The translations under genes were made by a program, and so were the position numbers. DNA of 64,000 nt from an uncultured Butyrivibrio sp. (GTDB taxonomy: Bacteria; Bacillota; Clostridia; Lachnospirales; Lachnospiraceae). Below the pieces are notes generated by a model. It ran no database searches. It was not told the origin of the DNA and was given only the letters and a program-made list of their open reading frames with translations. This document shows positions 9,344 to 18,311 of this stretch, piece after piece. Each line of letters opens with the position of its first letter. The stretch's first letter is position 1. Location: contig CAMOSB010000002.1 in NCBI GenBank assembly GCA_946624415.1, forward strand, positions 38,534-102,533, given 5' to 3'.

Positions 9344-11707
9344 TCATCCTAATTCATCTTCAAATTTCTTTTCCGAAAGGGGCTTGTAAAAGAAATATCC
9401 CTGGATATAGTCACAGTCCTGACTCTGCAGGAAGGATAGCTGCTCCTCATTCTCAACACCCTCAGCTGTAACCTTGGCGCCAAGAGAGTGGGCGATATTG
9501 ATAATAGCCCGGATGACAGCTTCAGTCTTGTCGTTTTTGCCAATCTTCCTGATAAAGCCGATGTCCAGCTTGATGATGTCAAAGTCAAAGGTCTCCAGCA
9601 TAGCCAGTGAGCTCATTCCGCTGCCAAAGTCATCCAGGAGGATCTTGATTCCCCTCTTCTTCATCCTTCCAAGGTACTCAAGGCCCTTGGCCTCAAGGTC
9701 AGCATAGGCTGATTCTGTCACCTCAAAACGGATCAGTGACGGGTCTAAATCAAGCTCTCTTATCTTGGCACAAATACTCTCCATGAAGGTCGTGTCGTAG
9801 AAGTCAACTCTTGAAAGATTTATGGCACAGGGAACAACTTTTTTGCCATCCTTGCAGCGTTTTGCTATGAAGTCAAATCCGCTTTCCACCATAAAGGCAT
9901 CCAGAGCAGATATCTTGCCCTCTGCTTCGATAACGGGAATAAAGTCTATGGGCGAAACCATGCCCAGGTCTTTGTGGCGCCATCTTATAAGCATCTCGGC
10001 GCTGACAATCTGGCCTGTCTTGGCGTCGACGACGGGCTGATAGTAAGGCAAAAATTCCTTCTCAGCAAGTCCTCTTTCCATATCCGCCAAAAGAAATCTC
10101 TGCTTTACATAGGTCTCCTTCATCTTGTCGTCATAGTAGGCATAACGATGAGTTCCCTGCTCTGTATCAATGCTCTTCTCAGCAAGCTTTGCGCCGGCAA
10201 GAAGATGATTTATGTCCATGTCGGAATGCTTGATGGAATAGATTCCGCAGCGGATCTCATAATTGTATTCCTTGGATTCCACCTGACATACCTGACTGCA
10301 CACCTTTTTGAGATTCTTGGGCGTCAAATTCTCATCTGCAGTGATCAGAACAAAATGGTCGCTCTCAAGTCTGCCCATGATGACAGGCTTTAAGTATTTC
10401 CTGAGAACATTTCTGGTCTGAAGGATGACCATATCTCCCGTAGCATCACCAAAGAGTTCATTTACCGCCTTAAATCCCTTGACGTTGGCATAAACAAGAG
10501 AGTAATGCTCCTCAGGTGAGAGTTCGGAAATAAAGAGCTTTGTGCGCTCTATGAAGCCGATCCTGGCATACTCATCTGTCATCCAGTCGTGGTCAAGGGC
10601 TGTTGTGATATCGAAAAAGATAACCAGGAACCAGTCAGGATATCCCGGAACATTTCTTGCTCGGATGTTTTTGGCTCGTCTTCCGGACTTGGTGTTAACA
10701 TGTACAGTCCTTACAAAATTCCCGTTGTCCTTGAGTTCCTCCAGGATTACCTGCATTCGCATCTGATCAAGGAATATATCCTGTTCTTCCTTGGCAACGC
10801 CCTGTGAAAGCCTGAAGCAGATATCAGTATACTTTAATCTACTGCTAAGAAAGATATCTCCAAGTGCCTCACTAAGATAATAGACTTCACATACATCGTT
10901 GGTTTTGTTAACCGACAGCACCATGTCATAGCCGTCCGCAAGAAGGGTCTTGATGACGATCTGCTCAAAGTATCCCATTAGTGGAATAATGGTGCCCTGT
11001 TCAAGGGGGATGATCTTTCCATCCTCAATCACTTCGCCAACACCATTGAATTTGGTCTTTCCATTTTTCACCTTGAAATAACTGCCGTCGGTAATGACAT
11101 AGAATCTTCTTCCATAGCTGTCAGGAAGGGCAATTTCCTTGATAAAGTCCTTGCCGTCAAGCTCGCATTTTTTCATGTAATCCCCGTGTGGGATCATCTG
11201 GATGTTGGTCAGGTCAAGGCCTTCAGAGAATCTGACATAGTTTGGATCCGCAGCTTCACCCGGAAGCTCCGGCATAAGATAGGCGTCATAAGCAGCATTG
11301 ACAGAACCGGCACTTAAACAGATCACCAGTCCGTCATAATCCAAAAGAGCTGATTTCAGCCCGATACGTTTCATAAAAGCCAGCTGTGTGGGCGCATGTC
11401 CACCGGCCAGATAAATAATTGTAGCCCAGGAAATAAGCTCTGAAAGAGGCTTAGAGCTCTTTTCCTCAAGCATTATCACTTCCTCTACGGGAAGAGATGC
11501 AAACTCAAAGCAGTCCAGGAGCTGTTTCTTCTGGAATTCATTTTCTTCCGTTGCCAAAGGATCGCAGGGAACGTAAAGAAGTCTTGCCTGCTCAGGCCAC
11601 TCCTTCTTAAGGTCGTCAAAAAAGCCGTAGTCATCTATAGGAGCCACTTTCCTGTAAGCTCCCATCTCCTGGTAAGGTATGAAACTACTGGTCAGATAAA
11701 CAACCAT
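9344..11707 (-). CDS. peptidase-S51/GATase-like + degenerate GGDEF + EAL domain protein (probable c-di-GMP phosphodiesterase)
   Basis: IYLAGG, CLSAGS, MIPH in the N-terminus; FKAVNELFGDATGD..RLESDHF; YQPVV..AEMLIRW, EVTES, LDDFGSG, IKLD, AEGVE, QGY. Confidence 0.88.
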   Translation of the reverse strand: MVVYLTSSFIPYQEMGAYRKVAPIDDYGFFDDLKKEWPEQARLLYVPCDPLATEENEFQKKQLLDCFEFASLPVEEVIMLEEKSSKPLSELISWATIIYLAGGHAPTQLAFMKRIGLKSALLDYDGLVICLSAGSVNAAYDAYLMPELPGEAADPNYVRFSEGLDLTNIQMIPHGDYMKKCELDGKDFIKEIALPDSYGRRFYVITDGSYFKVKNGKTKFNGVGEVIEDGKIIPLEQGTIIPLMGYFEQIVIKTLLADGYDMVLSVNKTNDVCEVYYLSEALGDIFLSSRLKYTDICFRLSQGVAKEEQDIFLDQMRMQVILEELKDNGNFVRTVHVNTKSGRRAKNIRARNVPGYPDWFLVIFFDITTALDHDWMTDEYARIGFIERTKLFISELSPEEHYSLVYANVKGFKAVNELFGDATGDMVILQTRNVLRKYLKPVIMGRLESDHFVLITADENLTPKNLKKVCSQVCQVESKEYNYEIRCGIYSIKHSDMDINHLLAGAKLAEKSIDTEQGTHRYAYYDDKMKETYVKQRFLLADMERGLAEKEFLPYYQPVVDAKTGQIVSAEMLIRWRHKDLGMVSPIDFIPVIEAEGKISALDAFMVESGFDFIAKRCKDGKKVVPCAINLSRVDFYDTTFMESICAKIRELDLDPSLIRFEVTESAYADLEAKGLEYLGRMKKRGIKILLDDFGSGMSSLAMLETFDFDIIKLDIGFIRKIGKNDKTEAVIRAIINIAHSLGAKVTAEGVENEEQLSFLQSQDCDYIQGYFFYKPLSEKKFEDELG

Positions 11708-11813
11708 AAGATCCTTTCCGGAAACATTAACGTTATTATATATTATTATACAACTTTATTTTGAAAGAATCACTTTAATAGGTATAATTATATTATTCAG
11801 AAAGGATTTTTTT

Positions 11814-12074
11814 ATGGCAGACGGCGAAATGAAAATGACTTACTCTGCAATTGTCAGAGATAAGAACAATAAAAAAATAGTAAGAGTCATGTTTGAGCGG
11901 AAAAAGGGCCCGGTGACAGAAAGCGCCGAAGGCCTTATCCCCGATGGAAAGATCGTAAAGAACAAGGGGTTTTCTGACCGGGAAGTGAAGCAGCTTGAGG
12001 AATATCTTTTAGCAAATTCAGAGTCCATTATGGCTCAGGCAAAAGTGATCAGCAATCCTCTCAAGTGGTTGTGA
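11814..12074 (+). CDS. hypothetical protein
   Basis: 86-aa ORF with AAGGA RBS and upstream TATAAT. Confidence 0.7.
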   Translation: MADGEMKMTYSAIVRDKNNKKIVRVMFERKKGPVTESAEGLIPDGKIVKNKGFSDREVKQLEEYLLANSESIMAQAKVISNPLKWL

Positions 12075-12195
12075 TACAATGGGTAATATTTGTAATTGTC
12101 ATTTATCCCTTTAATGTGTTAACATGGTGAAGTGCACTTGTGCACTTCACTTTTTTGTTGCACAGCACGTATGAAAAAGGGAAAGGGGAAATCAA

Positions 12196-13746
12196 ATGAC
12201 TTCATCACAAATTGGAATTATCATCTCAATTCTTGTGTATCTCTGCGGAATGCTTCTGGTGGGCTTTGTAAGTTCCAGAGATACCAACGACGTCAAAGAC
12301 TTTTATCTTGGCGGAAGGAAGCTTGGGCCTTTCGTAACGGCCATGAGCGCTGAAGCCTCAGACATGAGTTCATACCTTCTCATGGGAGTTCCGGGCGTAG
12401 CCTACTTCTCCGGCATTGCTGACGCAGGCTGGACAGCTGCAGGACTTATCGTGGGAACCTATCTCAACTGGCTCTTAACCGCCGGGCGCCTGCGTAATTA
12501 TACGGAGTCTCTGGATGCCATCACGATTCCCGATTATTTCAAAAAGCGCTTCAACGACAAGAGCAACATCATCCTGTGCATCGGCGCTATTTTCATTCTG
12601 ATCTTCTTTGTTCCATATACAGCATCAGGCTTTTCTGCCTGCGGAAAGCTCTTTTCATCATTGTTCGGCGTTAACTACCAGCTGGCCATGATCGCATCCG
12701 CAGTCATCATCATCGGTTACACCACAACAGGTGGTTTCCTTGCCGCTTCCAAGACTGACTTCATCCAGTCCATCGTTATGACCATCGCACTGTTCTTTGT
12801 TGTTGGCTTTGGAATCGTAACAGCAGGAGGACTTGGTGCAGTTTCTGCCAATCTTCAGAGCCTTCCCGGCTTCCTTGATATAAATGCAACCTATAACAAC
12901 GCTACAAACTCTGCTGATTCCTACGGATTCTTCAGCAAGGTAACAACCTTCTGCTGGGGTCTTGGTTACTTTGGAATGCCTCACATCCTGCTGAGATTCA
13001 TGGCTATCAGAAAGAGCTCAGAGCTTAAGCTCTCAAGAAGGATTGCTTCCGTATGGGTTGTTTTCTCCCTTGGAATCGCCGTTGTCCTGGGTGTTGTCGG
13101 ACGTGCCATGACCCAGTCAGGTGTTCTTGAATCTCTGATTGAAGCTGACAATCCGACAAGCGCATCTAAGGCTGAAACCCTTATCGTTGTTCTTGCCAAC
13201 ATGATCAGCCAGTACAATTTCGTATTTGCTCTGATCGCAGGTCTTGTAATCGCAGGTATCCTGGCATCGACCATGTCTACTGCCGATTCACAGCTCATCG
13301 CCGCTTCTTCTGCTGTTTCCGAGAACATTATCCAGGAGACATTTGGCGTTAAGCTTTCTGAAAGAGCAGCTATGCTTACAGCTAGGATCACCCTGATCGC
13401 CGTTGCGGTATTTGGCGTTGTCATCGCCTGGGACCCCAACAGCTCAGTATTTGGCATCGTATCATTTGCCTGGGCAGGATTCGGCGCAGTATTCGGACCT
13501 GCTATGATCATGTCCCTCTACTGGAAAAGAGCTAACAAGTACGGAACCATGGCCGGAATGGTAGCAGGCGGACTTATGGTATTCATCTGGAAATACCTGG
13601 TAAGACCTATCGGCGGATTCTGGAATCTGTACGAGCTTGCTCCTGCATTCCTTGTTGCTATCATCGTGATCGTAGTTGTAAGTCTTATTACACCTGCTCC
13701 CGAGGATGATATCGTTAAGAAGTTTGAGGCTGTAACCAGCAAGTAA
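12196..13746 (+). CDS. putP: sodium/proline symporter (SSS family)
   Basis: DFYLGGRKLGPFVTAMSAEASDMS, WGLGYFGMPHILLRFMA, MSTADSQL, AWAGFGA. Confidence 0.88.
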   Translation: MTSSQIGIIISILVYLCGMLLVGFVSSRDTNDVKDFYLGGRKLGPFVTAMSAEASDMSSYLLMGVPGVAYFSGIADAGWTAAGLIVGTYLNWLLTAGRLRNYTESLDAITIPDYFKKRFNDKSNIILCIGAIFILIFFVPYTASGFSACGKLFSSLFGVNYQLAMIASAVIIIGYTTTGGFLAASKTDFIQSIVMTIALFFVVGFGIVTAGGLGAVSANLQSLPGFLDINATYNNATNSADSYGFFSKVTTFCWGLGYFGMPHILLRFMAIRKSSELKLSRRIASVWVVFSLGIAVVLGVVGRAMTQSGVLESLIEADNPTSASKAETLIVVLANMISQYNFVFALIAGLVIAGILASTMSTADSQLIAASSAVSENIIQETFGVKLSERAAMLTARITLIAVAVFGVVIAWDPNSSVFGIVSFAWAGFGAVFGPAMIMSLYWKRANKYGTMAGMVAGGLMVFIWKYLVRPIGGFWNLYELAPAFLVAIIVIVVVSLITPAPEDDIVKKFEAVTSK

Positions 13747-13777
13747 CAGACTTCTTGCTTTTGCCAAAAACATAGAT

Positions 13778-13826
13778 AAAGGCAGTTTACCTGTTTGACA
13801 TTTGGTCATGGTTAACTGCCTTTTTG
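13778..13826. terminator. bidirectional terminator between convergent putP and MutS-like genes
   Basis: AAAGGCAGTT...AACTGCCTTTTT inverted repeat. Confidence 0.65.
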
Positions 13827-13862
13827 TTTGTCTGTGGTCTCGTGCCCGAACGCACAATGCGC

Positions 13863-15599
13863 CTACAGTGCAGATAGCATGTCGTAGGTTACGCCGTATT
13901 TCTCAGCAATGTCTTTTGCATAGGAAAGGCCCTTGGGAGGTGCAACCTCCACTTCGTAAAGTCTTTTTCCCTCACTGGCTTTCACCACAAGGGAAGCAGC
14001 TTTAGCTCTTGAATCCTCACTGTTTATCTCATCGATCTCAATGGCAAGCTTGTGCATGTGAGTGTTGTATATGGTGCGGATGCCTTTTTTCAGGATAGCT
14101 CTTGAGCAGTCCCTTGCAATGTAATAGCCCTCTTCAAATGAAGTTGTGGAGAAGGTCTCGTTAAGGAGCATAAGGCTCTTTTGCGTCGCTTTCTCATAGA
14201 GCTCTTTAAAGCGCTTGCACTCTTCACCAAGACGTCCCAGGTCCATGGTCTTATCCTCGTCTGCCGGGAAATGTGTGAAGATATTGTCCACAGGCACATA
14301 GCTAAACTTCGATGCGGGCACGTAAATTCCAGCCTGGGCTATGAAAAAGAGCTGTCCCACGGTCTGGGTGATGGTGGTCTTACCACCCATGTTGGCGCCG
14401 GTCAGGATATATAAGGTATGCTCATCTGTGAAATCAAGGTTATTCTTGACGATGTTCTCATATCCGGAGTCATGTTCCGTAAGGAGCTTTATATTGTAGA
14501 TATCCCGGGAGTCCATATAGAGGGCACCTGTCGCATCCTTTAAAAAACTGCTCCCGGGCGCAGCATCTTCCGGCGCATCCAGGACTTCGGGTTTACAGAA
14601 CCTTGCACCCTTTTGTGTCATATCCTCAACGTACTCTGCCCAGCGCACATAGAAGATGAATTCCGGCATTAGGTCAGTGATATCATTGACCGTCAGCATG
14701 GTATATTTGTTCAGGACATTTCTAAGGTGCTTCACCGTCTGGCTCAGCATCCTGTCTGTGATCTTGTCCATGTAATTGGTTATATCCTTTGTGGTGTCAT
14801 CTGCCTCAGACACCTTCATTATGCTCATCATGGCAAGAGGGCTGAATACCGGAGGCACAAAATCTGCGCCGCTTCCAATAGGTCCTTTGGCCACAATCTC
14901 ATCAAACTTGTAATCCTCATTCCAGTCTGTAGAATCATTTATTATGTCTTTTCCGGAGACCTTGTCCATGAAGTGCTTCACAAGATTGGCCTTGGTAAAG
15001 GGTTTGCTGTTGACCGAGATAAGACCGATCCCACAGGCTTCAAACCTCTCGTTTAAGTTAATACCCACAGTCACGCTCTTTAAGCAATTAGTATCAGCCT
15101 TCAGCTCTTTTATATCTTTTTTCAGCTCCTCAAAACCGTTGTCCTCATACAGATCCGTCACATACTTCTTAAGACCCAGAAGTCCCTCTGAGTGGATGTC
15201 TGCGCCTTCAAGGCACTTGTGGATAGCACCGATGCTCTCAATGTAATCATTGATCTCTTCCAGCCTGTGGACCAGGTCCCAGACGCCGGGGTCGTGGTCG
15301 TTGTCATGCCTGTAGCTGCCGTATTCCTTAAGGAAATTCACCCGGTCGAGAAGCTCTAAGATCTCGGCGCGCATGGCTTTGTTCCTGTAGATATCATCAA
15401 AGATGTCTGCCCTGTAGCGGGCATTTTGGGCATCGGCAGTCATCATCTTCATTACGTTGGTGATGTAAACCTGCTCGTTCTTCTCTTTGGAAAGACGCAA
15501 AAGGACGCTGTCCATGCCGATGTCGTGGACAGCCAGGTCGCTGATCTTCTGATATGAAAGATTGTGGTCCGGGAAAAGCAGACTGTACTTATTGGACAT
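13863..15599 (-). CDS. MutS-related ATPase (MutS domain V only)
   Basis: LTGANMGGKTT, IFTHFP, GRLGEE, LLNETFSTT, YNTHMH, SYAKDIAEKYGVT. Confidence 0.85.
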   Translation of the reverse strand: MSNKYSLLFPDHNLSYQKISDLAVHDIGMDSVLLRLSKEKNEQVYITNVMKMMTADAQNARYRADIFDDIYRNKAMRAEILELLDRVNFLKEYGSYRHDNDHDPGVWDLVHRLEEINDYIESIGAIHKCLEGADIHSEGLLGLKKYVTDLYEDNGFEELKKDIKELKADTNCLKSVTVGINLNERFEACGIGLISVNSKPFTKANLVKHFMDKVSGKDIINDSTDWNEDYKFDEIVAKGPIGSGADFVPPVFSPLAMMSIMKVSEADDTTKDITNYMDKITDRMLSQTVKHLRNVLNKYTMLTVNDITDLMPEFIFYVRWAEYVEDMTQKGARFCKPEVLDAPEDAAPGSSFLKDATGALYMDSRDIYNIKLLTEHDSGYENIVKNNLDFTDEHTLYILTGANMGGKTTITQTVGQLFFIAQAGIYVPASKFSYVPVDNIFTHFPADEDKTMDLGRLGEECKRFKELYEKATQKSLMLLNETFSTTSFEEGYYIARDCSRAILKKGIRTIYNTHMHKLAIEIDEINSEDSRAKAASLVVKASEGKRLYEVEVAPPKGLSYAKDIAEKYGVTYDMLSAL

Positions 15600-15633
15600 T
15601 GATTTCTCCTTGCTATTATTGGTTTAGCTCTTT

Positions 15634-16671
15634 TCACGCATCAAAAGTTTTCTTGGCCTTCTCAATGGTTTCGATGACACGGTCGCACCAGTCATCAAAC
15701 TCGGGATCATCCTCCTGGCACTCCTTGGGGTGAGACAAAACGTAGTCCAGAGCATATCTCACGCCCATGTCAAATTTCACCTTGGTGCACATGTCGGGAA
15801 CAGCTCTTTTGAGCTTGGTGTTGTCGAAGACAACGGAAACGGACTTATCTCCAAGGAGTGAGCCTGTGAAATCAAAGTCGTACTTGTCGCCCACTGCACG
15901 AAGGAAATCTGTGGAAACATGGTAGGCCTTAAGCGGGGCGCCAAGGGCATCAGCGATGGTTGCATATATCTGATCCCAGGAAAGGGTCTCGTCGGAGGTG
16001 ATCTGGAAAGCCTCACCGATGGCGTGTCTGTTGCCCATAAGGCCAATGTAGCCTGTTGCAAAATCATCATTCCATGTAAGGGTCCAAAGGCTGGAGCCGT
16101 CACCCTGTATGATAACGGGCTTACCCTCCATCATTCGCTTGATTACCTGCCAGGAGCCTTTTTTGCCGTGAACACCGATGGGAATCTTGCGCTCATCATA
16201 GGTGTGGCTGGGGCGGATTATGGTGACAGGGAATCCATTCTCCCTGTACATCTTCATAAGGAAATCCTCACAAGCGATCTTGTCCCTTGAGTACTGCCAG
16301 TAAGGGTTTGCCAGGGCTGTGCCCTCTGTAATGATGTAGCTGGCAGCGGGCTTGTTGTAGGCAGAAGCAGAGCTGGTGTACATATACTGTCTGGTCCTGT
16401 CCTTGAAAAGCCTGTAGTCACGCTCCACCTGCGAAACGTTAAAGCCGATAAACTCGCACACTGTATCGAAGGTCAGATCTCCGAGCTTTTGAAGCACGTC
16501 TTTTTCGTCGTTAATATCTGCTGTGATCTGATTAACACCCTCTGGCAATACGCCGGACCTGTTACCCCGGTTAAGTACCCATACTTCCCAGTCAGGATCT
16601 TTAGCCAGCCTCCTGACAATTGCTGTGCTGATGGTTCCGGTTCCGCCTATGAACAATACTCTTTTACTCAT
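15634..16671 (-). CDS. NAD-dependent epimerase/dehydratase (atypical SDR)
   Basis: VLFIGGTGTIS, YSRDK, IRPSHTY; start MSKRV with AAGGAG RBS. Confidence 0.88.
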   Translation of the reverse strand: MSKRVLFIGGTGTISTAIVRRLAKDPDWEVWVLNRGNRSGVLPEGVNQITADINDEKDVLQKLGDLTFDTVCEFIGFNVSQVERDYRLFKDRTRQYMYTSSASAYNKPAASYIITEGTALANPYWQYSRDKIACEDFLMKMYRENGFPVTIIRPSHTYDERKIPIGVHGKKGSWQVIKRMMEGKPVIIQGDGSSLWTLTWNDDFATGYIGLMGNRHAIGEAFQITSDETLSWDQIYATIADALGAPLKAYHVSTDFLRAVGDKYDFDFTGSLLGDKSVSVVFDNTKLKRAVPDMCTKVKFDMGVRYALDYVLSHPKECQEDDPEFDDWCDRVIETIEKAKKTFDA

Positions 16672-16707
16672 GGATTCTGATCTCCTTTCCAAGTGCTGTG
16701 ATATGGA

Positions 16708-16752
16708 ATAATCATCGCAGATTATTGCTGCGACCACATTTACTACCTTCAT
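16708..16752 (-). pseudogene. possible N-terminal relic of a MutT/NUDIX gene
   Basis: ATG with AGGTGG RBS encoding MKVVNVVAAIICDD, typical of MutT N-termini; no Nudix box follows. Confidence 0.5.
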
Positions 16753-16758
16753 GTTCGT

Positions 16759-16827
16759 CCACCTGATCCATACCTGTGCACCTGATCCTCTCCTGTGCAC
16801 CCGATCCGCTCATGTGCAGCCGAATCC
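16759..16827. repeat. about 3.5 imperfect 19-bp tandem repeats (TGTGCACCTGATCC core)
   Basis: TGTGCA at 16775, 16794, 16813; GATCC at 16765, 16784, 16803. Confidence 0.75.
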
Positions 16828-16962
16828 TCTTCGTAAGTGCACAGAAAATGTCTTTTCCCTATCAATTATACATTATTGAAAAAATTTTCTGCCACAAAGA
16901 AATCTTCTTCGTATAAATGTATGCGTTGTTTTTGTGTATAGCATTTACGGAGGAGAGATATT

Positions 16963-17454
16963 ATGGGAAATTCAGTTTTTAAAAGGGGAATAGTTCTTTT
17001 GATTGCAGGCGCCATGACCGTGATCACCTGCGCAGGATGCGCAAATAATAAAGCCATTTCAGAAGTTGAAATCCCAGATACAGACGTTGCTCTGGTGGCT
17101 TCAGCTGCAAGCCCTGAGCAGGGACAGATATTCACTCCCGGCGTGTACAGGACCTTTGGCGTAGAAAGTGGCAGTAGCGAAAACTCAATTTTTTATATCT
17201 TCTATGATGACGAAACAGGCTACATTCAGGATGCAGATAACGATTCCGGAACCTACTTCGAGTACAGCCAGGAGGATTGCAATATAGATTTTTACTTTGG
17301 ATTCGGGGAACCATATGTCAAGGAACTTAAAGTTCTTTCCATGGATAATGGCGCTGTTTCAGGCATCTTTGACGGCGTACAGTTGGTTGTTTTTGAGAAG
17401 GTCGAAGGTGCAGACCCCTTCACCTTTGACATCAACCGGTACAAGTCGAATTAA
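16963..17454 (+). CDS. hypothetical lipoprotein
   Basis: Lipobox-like CAGC after a hydrophobic stretch; GGAGGAG RBS. Confidence 0.75.
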   Translation: MGNSVFKRGIVLLIAGAMTVITCAGCANNKAISEVEIPDTDVALVASAASPEQGQIFTPGVYRTFGVESGSSENSIFYIFYDDETGYIQDADNDSGTYFEYSQEDCNIDFYFGFGEPYVKELKVLSMDNGAVSGIFDGVQLVVFEKVEGADPFTFDINRYKSN

Positions 17455-18008
17455 GATTCTTCACCTACCAGGTGGACGATCTGCGGCTCGTGGCCCACAG
17501 CCTTAAGGAACTTCCCTAAAATATCCGATGTCTTTATCTTAAGGCTTGAGGTGCACACACAGGGGTGACAGCCGATGAACTCGCCGGCTTTCACGTCCTC
17601 GTCAATAAGGAGCGTAACGGCGTGATCCTTGTCATTCATAAGCCCCATTACGCTTACCGCGCCGGGCTCGATATCCAGGTATTTCAGCATATCTTCAGCT
17701 TCCGCAAAAGAGAGCCTGGCTGAATTTATCTGGCTGGACAGCTCTTTAGTCTTGAACTTCTTGTCCCCCGGCATCAAAAGCAGATAAAACCTGGTCTTCT
17801 GACGATTGCATAAAAACAGATTCTTGCACATCAATGTCCCAATGGCCTCATCTATGGCCTCGCAGGCTTCCATGGTGGTGGCCGGCTCATGATCTACACG
17901 GAGGTATTCAATTCCCAGCTCATCCAAAAGGTCATACACCCTGACTTCTCTTGGCAGACGTCCTGTAGTATTTACCGGTCTTCCCTCAAACAATTCCATT
18001 TTATTCAC
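17451..18008 (-). CDS. prolyl-tRNA editing domain protein (YbaK/ProX family)
   Basis: DHEPATTMEAC, CKNLFLCN, RLSFA, PGAVSVMGL, GCHPC. Confidence 0.9.
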   Translation of the reverse strand: MNKMELFEGRPVNTTGRLPREVRVYDLLDELGIEYLRVDHEPATTMEACEAIDEAIGTLMCKNLFLCNRQKTRFYLLLMPGDKKFKTKELSSQINSARLSFAEAEDMLKYLDIEPGAVSVMGLMNDKDHAVTLLIDEDVKAGEFIGCHPCVCTSSLKIKTSDILGKFLKAVGHEPQIVHLVGEES

Positions 18009-18080
18009 CTTCCTCCAAGGCCCGGCGCTCTATCACGCTTCCAGCCATTTTTTGAATTCAACACCAACTTATTATACGCG

Positions 18081-18247
18081 AAAAAGCACTCCCGTGCTAT
18101 ATGAGCATGGAGTGCAATCTATGGATAATTCCTGATTTTCAGGATTGTTTTAGGGAGGAGCTACCGGAACCGTCCTCCGGTAGCTAAGTGTTATGAAAGT
18201 ATATGAAAAAAGTGTGTGTGGGGTGAAGAACTGTTTTTGTTCTTCAT
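18081..18247 (-). ncRNA. putative small regulatory RNA, csRNA-like (5' hairpin, anti-start-codon and anti-SD tracts, terminator)
   Basis: Hairpins GAAGAAC/GTTCTTC, AGCTACCGGA/TCCGGTAGCT, TCCTGA/TCAGGA; terminator stem GCACTCC/GGAGTGC + U5; unpaired UUUCAU x2 and CUCCUCCC; no plausible ORF. Confidence 0.65.
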
Positions 18248-18253
18248 GTATTC

Positions 18254-18286
18254 ATAATACGTTGCCAACCTAAAACAAACCTTAAA
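18254..18286 (-). promoter_or_regulatory. OmpR-family (CiaR-box-like) activated promoter for the sRNA
   Basis: Minus strand TTTAAG-N5-TTTTAG-N10-TATTAT. Confidence 0.6.
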
Positions 18287-18311
18287 CTATTGTGAACAAA
18301 TTATGTGCATA

